Assembly: GCA_041487815.1 (NCBI GenBank)
Contig: JBGPOB010000001.1
Coordinates: 1 to 32,100, forward strand
Source: Xanthobacteraceae bacterium
GTDB lineage: Bacteria; Pseudomonadota; Alphaproteobacteria; Rhizobiales; Xanthobacteraceae
Direction of reading: 5' to 3'
Length of the DNA: 32,100 nucleotides
Shown here: positions 7,886-15,672 of the stretch, piece after piece
Layout: every line of letters begins with the position of its first letter
Numbering within the stretch: position 1 is the first letter of the stretch
Notes under the pieces: generated by a model
What the model saw: the letters and a program-made list of their open reading frames with translations, nothing else
Told to the model about the DNA's origin: nothing
Database searches by the model: none
Program-made: the position numbers and the translations under genes

Positions 7886-7976
7886 CGCGCAAGGCGGTCC
7901 GCACAAGACGGAGGTCTTGCATCAACGACACGACGAGGAGACTCCTGTCCAACAACAGACTGCCAGGGAGGGTCGA

Positions 7977-8435
7977 ATGACGACGGTCGCGTTTACGATC
8001 AACGGCAAAGCGGTCCGCGTGGAGGCTGAAGCCAACACGCCGCTGCTTTGGGTGGTGCGCGAGCACCTGAAAATGAGCGGCACGAAATTCGGCTGCGGAG
8101 TGGGACTGTGCGGGGCATGTACCGTCCACCTCGAAGGCAAAGCCGTGCGCTCGTGCCAGACAGCGCTGTCTGACATCGCCGGCAAGAAGGTCACGACCAT
8201 CGAAGGCCTGTCGCCCAACTCGAACCATCCGCTGCAGAAGGCGTGGATTGCCGAGCAAGTGCCGCAATGCGGCTATTGCCAGTCCGGACAGATCATGCAG
8301 GCGGCGGAACTTCTGGCGAAGAACAAGAAACCGAGCCGGGAACAGATCGTCGCCCACATGGACGGCAACATCTGCCGTTGCGGCACGTATCCACGCATCG
8401 TGCGCGCGATCGAACGCGCCGCGCGGGAGGGCTGA
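7977..8435 (+). CDS. xanthine dehydrogenase-family molybdoenzyme, small [2Fe-2S] subunit (IorA / aldehyde oxidoreductase small-subunit type)
   Basis: Two Fe-S motifs: GCGVGLCGACTV and CGYCQSGQIM...CRCGTY. GGGAGG lies upstream of the ATG at 7977. The track ORF starts earlier, at 7917. Confidence 0.9.
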   Translation: MTTVAFTINGKAVRVEAEANTPLLWVVREHLKMSGTKFGCGVGLCGACTVHLEGKAVRSCQTALSDIAGKKVTTIEGLSPNSNHPLQKAWIAEQVPQCGYCQSGQIMQAAELLAKNKKPSREQIVAHMDGNICRCGTYPRIVRAIERAAREG

Positions 8436-8438
8436 GCC

Positions 8439-10658
8439 ATGACGATGCACAACAAGCAAGACGTATCGGTTTCGCGCCGCAGCTTCGTCGCCGGCTCCGC
8501 CGGGTTGGCGTTCAGCTTCACGATTCCCGGATTTCTCGGCGCGATGTCGGAGTCGGCCGCAGCCGCCACCAACGCCGCGCAGAAGACGATCGGCGGCTGG
8601 ATTACGATTGGCACCGACGGTGCGATCACGATCGTCGCTCCCGCCGCGGAAATGGGTCAGGGCATCCTTACAGGCTTGCCCATGATCGTCGCCGAGGAAC
8701 TCGACGCCGATTGGTCGAAAGTTTCGGCGGCGTTTCCGCCTCCGGTTGCTGCTCCACCGGTTTACGGTAATCCCGACCCGCTTATCGGCGGCATTCTCCT
8801 CACCGTCGGCAGCAGCGCAGTCCCCGGCTATTGGATGATGGCGCGCATGATTGGCGCGCAGGCGCGGCGCGTGTTGATGCAAGCGGCGGCCGATCAATGG
8901 AAAGTACCGCTGGCGGAAGTCTCCACAGGTCCGAGCGTCGTCATCCATCAGAAGACGAAGCGCCGGTTGACCTACGCTCAGATTGCCGCATTTGCCACCG
9001 TGCCGGCCGAAATGCCCAAGCTCACCGACGCCGATCTCAAGAAGCCATCGGAGTTCCGGATCATCGGCAAGCCGCTGCCCCGGCTCGACACGCCGGATAA
9101 GGTCAACGGCAAGGCGAAGTACGGCATGGACGTGCAAGTGCCGAACATGGTCTACGCCACGCTCCTGCGCGCTCCGGTCGAGGGCGCAGCGCCGGATCAG
9201 ATCGACGATTCGGCGGCCAAAAAAATCCCCGGCATCATCCGCACGGTACCGCTCAACGATGCGGTCGCAATCGTCGGCAATTCAGTCGAAGCGGTGTTCG
9301 CAGGGCGCAACGCGCTCAAGGTGACCTGGAAAGGCGGCGCTACCGCTGGATACAACAGCGAAGCGGCGCTCGAAGAATACGTCAAGCGGCTGCGCGATCC
9401 CGGCCAAAAGGGCATGCCGCTCAACCCGCCGGGCGATGCCGACGCGGCCTTCGCAAAGGCCGCCAAGGTCATCACATCCGAATATCAGACGGACTATGTT
9501 TATCACGCTCAGATGGAGCCGATGAACATGACCGCGAGTGTGAACGAAGCCGGTGACGCCGCGGAAATCTGGGTCGGCACGCAAGCACCGACTGTGGTCT
9601 CTGGTGTTGCATCCGGCGTGCTGAAGACGCAGTTCGACAAGATCAAGGTGCACCAGCAATTCCTCGGAGGCGGCTTCGGACGCCGCATCTATTGGGATCT
9701 GGTGGCCTACGTCCTGCTGACCTCGAAGGAAATGAAGCGGCCGGTCAAAATGATCTGGCCGCGCGAGCAAGACGTTCAATCCGCGTTGCTGCGGCCGATG
9801 TCGGCTCATTCGATGCAAGCTGCATTGAGCGACAAGGGCGACGTCATTGGCTGGAAGCACCGTCTGGTCGCCGAGGCGACGCTTGGCTACGCGCAACCGG
9901 ATGAGCTGGTGAAAACCAAGGGCTTCGACTACCTCACTCTTGAAGGCGTGGAGAACAAATACGCCATCGAGGGCAAGGCGGCCGAATGGCTGCGCGAAGA
10001 CCGCGGCACCGCACTTGCAGCGTGGCGGGCGATTGGCTCGGGTTTCAACAAGTTCGCGATTGAATCCTTCATCGATGACATCGCGGCCGAGTTGAAAATG
10101 GACCCGGTGGCGCTGCGGCTCAAGCTGCTGCAGGGTCACCCGCGCGGGCAGAAAGTGCTGCAGACGGTCGCCGACATGGCCGGCTGGGGCAAGCCGGCGC
10201 AAAGCGGCCGCGCCCGTGGCGTCGCCTACGCCGACATCTGGTCGACACCGACCGCGGGCATCGCGGAGGTTTCGGTCGATCGCGCCACCGGCAAGATTCG
10301 CGTTCACAATTTCTGGAACGTGGTCAATCCGGGCATCGTCGTCAATCCAAAGATCGTTGAGTCCCAGAGCGAAAGCAACGTCATCTATGGGCTCAGCCAA
10401 GCATTGAAAGAACGTATCACGCTCGTAAACGGCGCAGTCGTGCAATCGAACTTCTCCGATTACGAAGTGTTGCGCATGTCTGAAGCACCGGAGATCCATA
10501 CAACGGTGATCTCGACAGACGATAAGCCAACCGGCATCGGCGAGATCGTGCTGCCGCTGGTGGCGCCGGCCGTTTCGAACGCCGTGCTCGCGCTCACCGG
10601 CAAGCGGCTCCGCCACCTACCGATGACGCCGGACCGGGTGAAGGCGGCGCTGGCGTAA
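8439..10658 (+). CDS. xanthine dehydrogenase-family molybdopterin-binding large subunit (IorB type) with twin-arginine signal
   Basis: 739 aa. The N-terminal SRRSFVAGSAGLAF is a Tat motif. The ATG lies 3 nt after the small-subunit stop. The size and the internal GGGFGRR-type motif fit the IorB/aldehyde dehydrogenase MoCo subunit. Confidence 0.9.
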   Translation: MTMHNKQDVSVSRRSFVAGSAGLAFSFTIPGFLGAMSESAAAATNAAQKTIGGWITIGTDGAITIVAPAAEMGQGILTGLPMIVAEELDADWSKVSAAFPPPVAAPPVYGNPDPLIGGILLTVGSSAVPGYWMMARMIGAQARRVLMQAAADQWKVPLAEVSTGPSVVIHQKTKRRLTYAQIAAFATVPAEMPKLTDADLKKPSEFRIIGKPLPRLDTPDKVNGKAKYGMDVQVPNMVYATLLRAPVEGAAPDQIDDSAAKKIPGIIRTVPLNDAVAIVGNSVEAVFAGRNALKVTWKGGATAGYNSEAALEEYVKRLRDPGQKGMPLNPPGDADAAFAKAAKVITSEYQTDYVYHAQMEPMNMTASVNEAGDAAEIWVGTQAPTVVSGVASGVLKTQFDKIKVHQQFLGGGFGRRIYWDLVAYVLLTSKEMKRPVKMIWPREQDVQSALLRPMSAHSMQAALSDKGDVIGWKHRLVAEATLGYAQPDELVKTKGFDYLTLEGVENKYAIEGKAAEWLREDRGTALAAWRAIGSGFNKFAIESFIDDIAAELKMDPVALRLKLLQGHPRGQKVLQTVADMAGWGKPAQSGRARGVAYADIWSTPTAGIAEVSVDRATGKIRVHNFWNVVNPGIVVNPKIVESQSESNVIYGLSQALKERITLVNGAVVQSNFSDYEVLRMSEAPEIHTTVISTDDKPTGIGEIVLPLVAPAVSNAVLALTGKRLRHLPMTPDRVKAALA

Positions 10659-10672
10659 CCTTGCAACCGGTT

Positions 10673-10710
10673 ATCCCGCCGCGGTCAAAGGCCGCGGCGG
10701 GATTTTTTAT
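10673..10710 (+). terminator. rho-independent terminator of the molybdoenzyme operon
   Basis: Perfect 12-bp stem ATCCCGCCGCGG / CCGCGGCGGGAT with a 7-nt loop, immediately followed by TTTTTT. It starts 15 nt after the stop codon. Confidence 0.8.
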
Positions 10711-11007
10711 CGGTCGCGGCGGGCGTGGCGCCTATGCCTGGCGATGGCAGGCGCGACCGCGGCCCAGGAGCCGCTCGCCGCTCACCCTGACCTTGGGTGA
10801 CCGAATAAAACGGCGGGTGTTCGTTCTGCTACCCAGAAGGCGATTAATCTCGATGTTTGTTCCTGGCCCATCTCGGCCATGACACGACATCCGATCTTGG
10901 TCCTCTAAGCGCTATAAATCCGACGTCAGCCACCGTTGCCCGCCACCCCGGATTCATGCGTACGCGGCTTCAATGGACGCGGCGAATTCGTCCGCGTTGA
11001 AAAAGTT

Positions 11008-11442
11008 CTAAGGAATCCATCGCCGGCCATTGAGAATGGCCATGGTGCAGCGCGTTGCCACGAGGTTGGGGCCGTCGCGTTCGGCGCCAACCGTCAGGCG
11101 CGCGGGTCCGGCGCTGAAATCCCAGCCGCAGGCAGCCTCGCCCAATCCCGAGATGATCGTGATGGTTCGCTGCGGCATGCGCTTGAGCACGGTTTCCAAA
11201 CGCAGCACGACCCGCGGTGGCACGCCCTTGATGGCCTCGCGCACGCGAAAGGTCGTGACCTGGCGCTGACGGATGGCATCCATCTCGATGCGCAGGATTT
11301 CACCGTCGAACACGACCGGCGTCGCGGCAATGACCTGATCGCGCGAAATGTTTGCGCAGGTGCAGGCCACGGCCTCGGTCGCGCCCAGCAGCAACGGGAT
11401 TCCCGCCAGGATCGCGCGGCGCATGCGTTGCATGCCGCTCAT
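11008..11442 (-). CDS. secreted four-cysteine protein of unknown function (TIMP/NTR-like cysteine pattern)
   Basis: 144 aa. The signal peptide MSGMQRMRRAILAGIPLLLGATEAVA is followed by CTC. The start ATG overlaps the TGA of the upstream carboxylase gene (ATGA). Codon bias is consistent with coding. Confidence 0.7.
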   Translation of the reverse strand: MSGMQRMRRAILAGIPLLLGATEAVACTCANISRDQVIAATPVVFDGEILRIEMDAIRQRQVTTFRVREAIKGVPPRVVLRLETVLKRMPQRTITIISGLGEAACGWDFSAGPARLTVGAERDGPNLVATRCTMAILNGRRWIP

Positions 11443-13385
11443 GCTTCCGGCTCAATGGTCATGATCGTGGCCTTTTCGGCGACCTGCGCGCCGGGCTCTA
11501 CCGCAACTTCGCCCACGCGCCCGTCGAACGGCGCCACGATGGCGTGCTCCATCTTCATCGCCTCGACGACGGCGACGCGCTGGCCTCGCTTGACCTGTGC
11601 GCCCTTGTCCACCAGCACCGCCAGGACCTTGCCATGCATCGGGGCGCGCAAGATGCCGCCGCCGGAAGCCAGTTCGGCATGATCGCCCGCGGCGCCGGCA
11701 AGATCGACGACGGTCTGGCGCCCGCCTCGTATCACATAGGCAACCTCACCGTTTTCGAAGACTTTCGCCGCGGCATCCGGCGCCACGTGATCGATCGTGA
11801 CCCTGGCGCCGCCGGCGTCAAACGCGACGACCGCGATCATCTTCTGATCGTCGACGATCGCCGGCCACGCGACGGTGCGCGCACCGGAGAGTTGAAATCC
11901 ATCGGTTGCATCCCAGGGCGACAATGCAACCGGCTCCTCATCCGCGCGCGCCGGTCGCCGCCGGCTGCGATCGAGTAGATGCGCGACGCCGCGGGCCGCG
12001 GCGGCCTTGTCTGGCGTTCGCAACGCCGCCACCAGGGCGTCGAGATTGCGCTCGATGAAGGCCGTGTCGAATTTTTCGGCGCGGAAGTCGCCAGCCTGCA
12101 GCAGCGCGATCAGGAACGCGGCGTTGGTTCGCGGACCGACGATCGTGGTTTGCGCCAGCGCCGCGGCCAGCCGATCGAGCGCGGCGGCGCGCGTCGGCGC
12201 GTGCGCGATCAACTTGGCGATCATCGGGTCATAGTACGGCGTCACCACATCGCCGGTCGCATAGCCGGTGTCCACGCGCACGTCCGGCGCCGCATCGAAG
12301 GCGATGATCTTGCCCGCCACCGGCAAAAAGCCCCGGTGCGGGTCTTCCGCGTAAAGCCGCGCCTCGATCGCATGTCCCGACATGGCAATTTCGCGCTGGG
12401 CCTGCGGGAGCCGTTCGCCGGCGGCGATGCGAAATTGCCATTCGACGAGGTCGAGGCCGGTGATCGCTTCGGTCACCGGGTGCTCGACTTGCAGCCGCGT
12501 GTTCATTTCCATGAACCAGAAGCCGTCCGCGCGCAGCCCTTTGGAGCCATCGGCGATAAACTCGACCGTTCCGGCGCCGACGTAGCCGACCGCCCGCGCC
12601 GCCTCGATCGCCGCCGAACCCATCGCCGCGCGCAATTTTGCCGTCATGCCCGGCGCGGGCGCCTCCTCCACGACTTTCTGATGGCGGCGCTGCAGCGAGC
12701 AATCGCGCTCGTTGAGATGGATGACGTTGCCGCGGCTGTCGGCAAAGACCTGAAATTCAATGTGCCGGGGCGCGGCGACGTATTTCTCGATCAGCACGCG
12801 GGCGTCGCCGAACGCCGATTGCGCCTCGCGCTGCGCGCTGGCGAGGGCCGCGTCGAATTCGGCGTGCTTGTCCACCCGCCGCATGCCCTTGCCGCCGCCG
12901 CCGGCGACCGCCTTGACCAGCACCGGATAACCGAGATCAGAGGCTTTCTGCTTCAGAAAAACCGCGTCCTGCCGCTCGCCATGATAGCCGGGCACGACCG
13001 GCACGCCGGCTTCCGCCATCATCGCCTTGGCGCGATCCTTCAGTCCCATGGCGCGGATCGCGCTCGCCGGCGGGCCGACGAAGGCGATGCCGGCGCTGGC
13101 GCAGGCATCGGCGAATTCCGGATTTTCCGACAGGAAGCCGTAGCCCGGGTGAATGCATTGCGCGCCGACCCGGCGCGCCACCGCGACGATCTTGGCGATG
13201 TCGAGATAGCTCTCGCGCGCGGCCGGCGGGCCGATCAGGTGGGCTTCGTCGCAGACGCGGGTGTGCATCGCGCCGGCATCGGCCTCCGAATAGATCGCGA
13301 TGGTGCGCATGCCGAGGCGGCGCGCGGTGCGTGCGACCCGCACCGCGATCTCGCCGCGGTTGGCGATCAGAACCGATGTGAACAT
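11439..13385 (-). CDS. biotin-dependent acyl-CoA carboxylase alpha subunit (biotin carboxylase + BCCP; 3-methylcrotonyl-CoA carboxylase alpha-like)
   Basis: 648 aa. It begins MFTSVLIANRGEIAVRV, has the ATP-grasp GGGGKGMR and MEMNTRLQVEHPVTE, and has a C-terminal biotinyl motif EAMKMEH. I associate the H after MKME with the MCCase/geranyl-CoA carboxylase type rather than the PCC type. Confidence 0.88.
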   Translation of the reverse strand: MFTSVLIANRGEIAVRVARTARRLGMRTIAIYSEADAGAMHTRVCDEAHLIGPPAARESYLDIAKIVAVARRVGAQCIHPGYGFLSENPEFADACASAGIAFVGPPASAIRAMGLKDRAKAMMAEAGVPVVPGYHGERQDAVFLKQKASDLGYPVLVKAVAGGGGKGMRRVDKHAEFDAALASAQREAQSAFGDARVLIEKYVAAPRHIEFQVFADSRGNVIHLNERDCSLQRRHQKVVEEAPAPGMTAKLRAAMGSAAIEAARAVGYVGAGTVEFIADGSKGLRADGFWFMEMNTRLQVEHPVTEAITGLDLVEWQFRIAAGERLPQAQREIAMSGHAIEARLYAEDPHRGFLPVAGKIIAFDAAPDVRVDTGYATGDVVTPYYDPMIAKLIAHAPTRAAALDRLAAALAQTTIVGPRTNAAFLIALLQAGDFRAEKFDTAFIERNLDALVAALRTPDKAAAARGVAHLLDRSRRRPARADEEPVALSPWDATDGFQLSGARTVAWPAIVDDQKMIAVVAFDAGGARVTIDHVAPDAAAKVFENGEVAYVIRGGRQTVVDLAGAAGDHAELASGGGILRAPMHGKVLAVLVDKGAQVKRGQRVAVVEAMKMEHAIVAPFDGRVGEVAVEPGAQVAEKATIMTIEPEA

Positions 13386-13440
13386 GGCGGTCCCATCTAT
13401 ACCCCGGCCGCGGACCGCGCGAGAGCGCGGCGCATGGTGG

Positions 13441-13480
13441 TACGGTGGCGGAGCGGTGCGGAGCGGTGCGGAGCGGGACC
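13441..13480. repeat. short 10-bp-phased tandem repeat (GAGCGGTGCG x2 plus degenerate flanking units)
   Basis: TACGGTGGCG GAGCGGTGCG GAGCGGTGCG GAGCGGGACC, between the stop of the 13483..14445 gene and the carboxylase start. Confidence 0.6.
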
Positions 13481-13482
13481 GG

Positions 13483-14445
13483 CTAGCGGGTGGGAGCGGC
13501 CGGCGCAGTCGCTGGAGCCGCCGGAGCGAGCTGGACGGGCGGCGCTGCGTCCGGCTGCGCGGTGCGCGCGACCGGCGCGCGGATGCCCGGCGGGCGGCGG
13601 GCCGCGGGCACCGGGGCTGGTGCGGGCGGAGTCGATGCCGTCGTAGTCGCCGATGCAGGCTCGGAAGTCATGATGCTGACGGGTGGAATCGAAGCCGCGG
13701 ACGGCAAATCGTAGCGCGAGCTGACCGGCGCGGCGGTTCCCGGACCGATCGGATTCCGCGCACCGTTCGCGCTGGAAGTTTCGATATTCGCGCCTTGATT
13801 CCAGGTCGCAGCGTAGCGCGCGACCAGCGCATCGAACGGCTTTTCCTGCAGGTTTGCGCGAACCCGATTGGCATCCTGCAGCACCGACAGAAGTTCGCAC
13901 TGCTCCGGCGTGCAATTCGGCTGCCGTGCCAGCACGTGGGCGACGACGCCAAAGCGATCGAGCTCCAGCCCGCGCCGCAGCGTGCTGAGCACGCCCTCAT
14001 AATCGGCGTCGCTGCGGCTCGCGAGGTCGAGGCCGTCGATCAACAGCCCAAGCCGTGCCGATACATAGGCCACTGCGGCAGCGACATTATCGGCGCTGCC
14101 GAACAGCAGTTGCTCGCAGCCGGTGATGACCTTGTCGTTCAACGCGCCATCAATGCAGCCTAGCGGCGATCCCGGCAGCATCGCGCGCCCGATCAGCTCG
14201 TCGGTGCGCCGTTCAAACGCGCGGCGGTCAATGGCGCGCTCGGCGACCCCGCTGCGCTCCGTTATCTGGAAGCCTGCCCAGCCGCCATAGGCCACCACCG
14301 CCATCGCCAGCAGCACGGCCAGCGTCTTGAGCGCTCCGCTTCGGGCAAGCGCCAGCACAAGCAGGACGACCACCACGGCGGCGATCGTCGCCGATATCCA
14401 AATCGGCGCGCTGACCGTTCCCGTGGCTGGATCTAACTGCAGCAT
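13483..14445 (-). CDS. membrane protein of unknown function (2 TM, Cys-paired extracytoplasmic domain, Pro/Ala-rich tail)
   Basis: 320 aa. AGGAGG sits 6 nt upstream of the ATG at 14445. Two hydrophobic helices are separated by the short basic loop ARSGALK. Cys pairs occur in GCIDGALNDKVITGC and NCTPEQC. The C-terminal ~80 aa are Pro/Ala/Thr-rich. Confidence 0.7.
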   Translation of the reverse strand: MLQLDPATGTVSAPIWISATIAAVVVVLLVLALARSGALKTLAVLLAMAVVAYGGWAGFQITERSGVAERAIDRRAFERRTDELIGRAMLPGSPLGCIDGALNDKVITGCEQLLFGSADNVAAAVAYVSARLGLLIDGLDLASRSDADYEGVLSTLRRGLELDRFGVVAHVLARQPNCTPEQCELLSVLQDANRVRANLQEKPFDALVARYAATWNQGANIETSSANGARNPIGPGTAAPVSSRYDLPSAASIPPVSIMTSEPASATTTASTPPAPAPVPAARRPPGIRAPVARTAQPDAAPPVQLAPAAPATAPAAPTR

Positions 14446-14787
14446 CTACCCCTCCTCGCACGGCATTAAGAAACGCACGCCCATATTCGCGCCGATTGCG
14501 AGGTCCCCGGCAGTATGCCCCAGGCACCCCATCGGCACCACCAACCGCAAGCCCCACTCAACGCCGGGCCGGACGGCGATCCGATGCCGGGCCGGCCCCG
14601 TGCGCTTGTTGACATCGCACATCCGCAATCCCTAGCAAAGCCATGGCAAGCATGGGCTTTTCGCAATGGTTAATGCCGGGGCCCGGTGCCGGCCAGGTGC
14701 AAAAAACCGCGCCATCATGGCGTTGGTGAGGACGCGCGAATTCCGCTAGGTTCGCGCCGACACAAGAGCCAACGATCGAGGCGTGCC

Positions 14788-15540
14788 GTGACCGAGACGA
14801 CCGACCGCACCCGCGAGCCGCCGACGTCCGGCGGACCGGTCGACCCGGCCGTGATCGACGATGTCGTTGCCGCCAACCGCATTCTCGCCGACCAAGGTGT
14901 GCTGGATGGATACGGACATGTCAGCGTCCGCCATCCGAGCGCGGCAAATCGCTACCTCCTGTCGCGCGCGCTTTCGCCTGCGATCATCACCGCCGCCGAC
15001 ATCATGGAGTTCAATCTCGACTCCGTTCCGGTCGATCAGCGCGGCCGGAAAATGTATCGGGAACGGTTCATCCATGGCGAAATCTACAAGGCGCGACCTG
15101 ATGTCAACGCCATCGTTCACAGCCACTCCCCGACAGTGATCCCGTTCGGCGTCACAACGGTCAAACTGCAGCCGATTTGCCATATGTCGGCCTTTCTCGG
15201 CGGCGGCGTGCCCAATTTCGAGATCCGCGACGCGGACGGGATGACCGATCTCCTGATCCGCGACGCCAAGCTTGGCCGCGCCCTGGCGCACACGCTGCAT
15301 CGCCACGACGTTTGCCTGATGCGCGGACATGGCAATATTTGCGTAGGCCCTGATATCATGACCGCGGTCTATCGCGCCGTTTACACGGAAGTGAACGCCA
15401 AGCTTCAGGCACAGGCGATTGCGCTTGGCGGCGCGATCAATTATCTCGCTCCCGGCGAATGGGAGCTGATCACGAAGCGGGCCGACAAGAACTTCGACCG
15501 CCCGTGGCAAATGTGGAAAAGCCGCATCGTCACGGCCTAG
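14788..15540 (+). CDS. class II aldolase/adducin family protein
   Basis: AANRILADQGVLDGYGHVSVRHP, HGEIYKARPDVNAIVHSHSP and LMRGHGN are the metal-binding His context of class II aldolases. The start is placed at GTG 14788 (VTETTDR), preceded by GAGG. The track start at 14686 adds a basic junk-like extension. The start is uncertain. Confidence 0.8.
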   Translation: MTETTDRTREPPTSGGPVDPAVIDDVVAANRILADQGVLDGYGHVSVRHPSAANRYLLSRALSPAIITAADIMEFNLDSVPVDQRGRKMYRERFIHGEIYKARPDVNAIVHSHSPTVIPFGVTTVKLQPICHMSAFLGGGVPNFEIRDADGMTDLLIRDAKLGRALAHTLHRHDVCLMRGHGNICVGPDIMTAVYRAVYTEVNAKLQAQAIALGGAINYLAPGEWELITKRADKNFDRPWQMWKSRIVTA

Positions 15541-15542
15541 TC

Positions 15543-15652
15543 AGCGCATTTTCAGGCGAAGTGGATAGCGGTTCGCCGTCAGAACATGCGTCAACGATCA
15601 AGTGAGCGCGCATTTGGACGCAAAACCGGCTTCCACTTTTGCTGAAAGCGCT
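15543..15652. repeat. 110-bp MITE-like element, family C, with ~33-bp imperfect inverted arms
   Basis: The left arm is AGCGCATTTTCAGGCGAAGTGGATAGCGGTTCGC (15543-15576). The reverse complement of the right arm (15620-15652) is AGCGCTTTCAGCAAAAGTGGAAGCCGGTTTTGC, about 75 percent identical by eye. A solo arm lies at 6874-6909. Confidence 0.55.
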
Positions 15653-15672
15653 TTGTAGTGAGGTGTACAGGC

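Noticed and set aside
7800-10616. Long minus-strand ORFs (7800..9137, 445 aa; 9282..10616, 444 aa) opposite the molybdoenzyme genes
   Set aside because: Their products are Arg/Ala/Gly/His-rich with no recognisable motifs. The plus strand carries unmistakable [2Fe-2S] and MoCo-subunit sequence. Long stop-free antisense frames are expected at this GC3 level.
11979-13646. 555-aa plus-strand ORF opposite the carboxylase gene (also 10936..11682 and 11352..11978)
   Set aside because: These are antisense shadow ORFs with low-complexity Arg/Gly/Ala composition. The minus strand has full-length biotin carboxylase/BCCP motifs.
14609-14665. TTGACA-N17-CTAGCA promoter-like motif followed by the hairpin AGCCATG-GCAAG-CATGGGCT plus TTTT, a possible tiny sRNA or attenuator upstream of the aldolase gene
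   Set aside because: A transcript starting after the putative -10 would begin inside the hairpin. The stem has a bulge and only 4 T. The two signals are mutually inconsistent, so I do not call either. It is worth a look only if RNA-seq shows a 5' end here.
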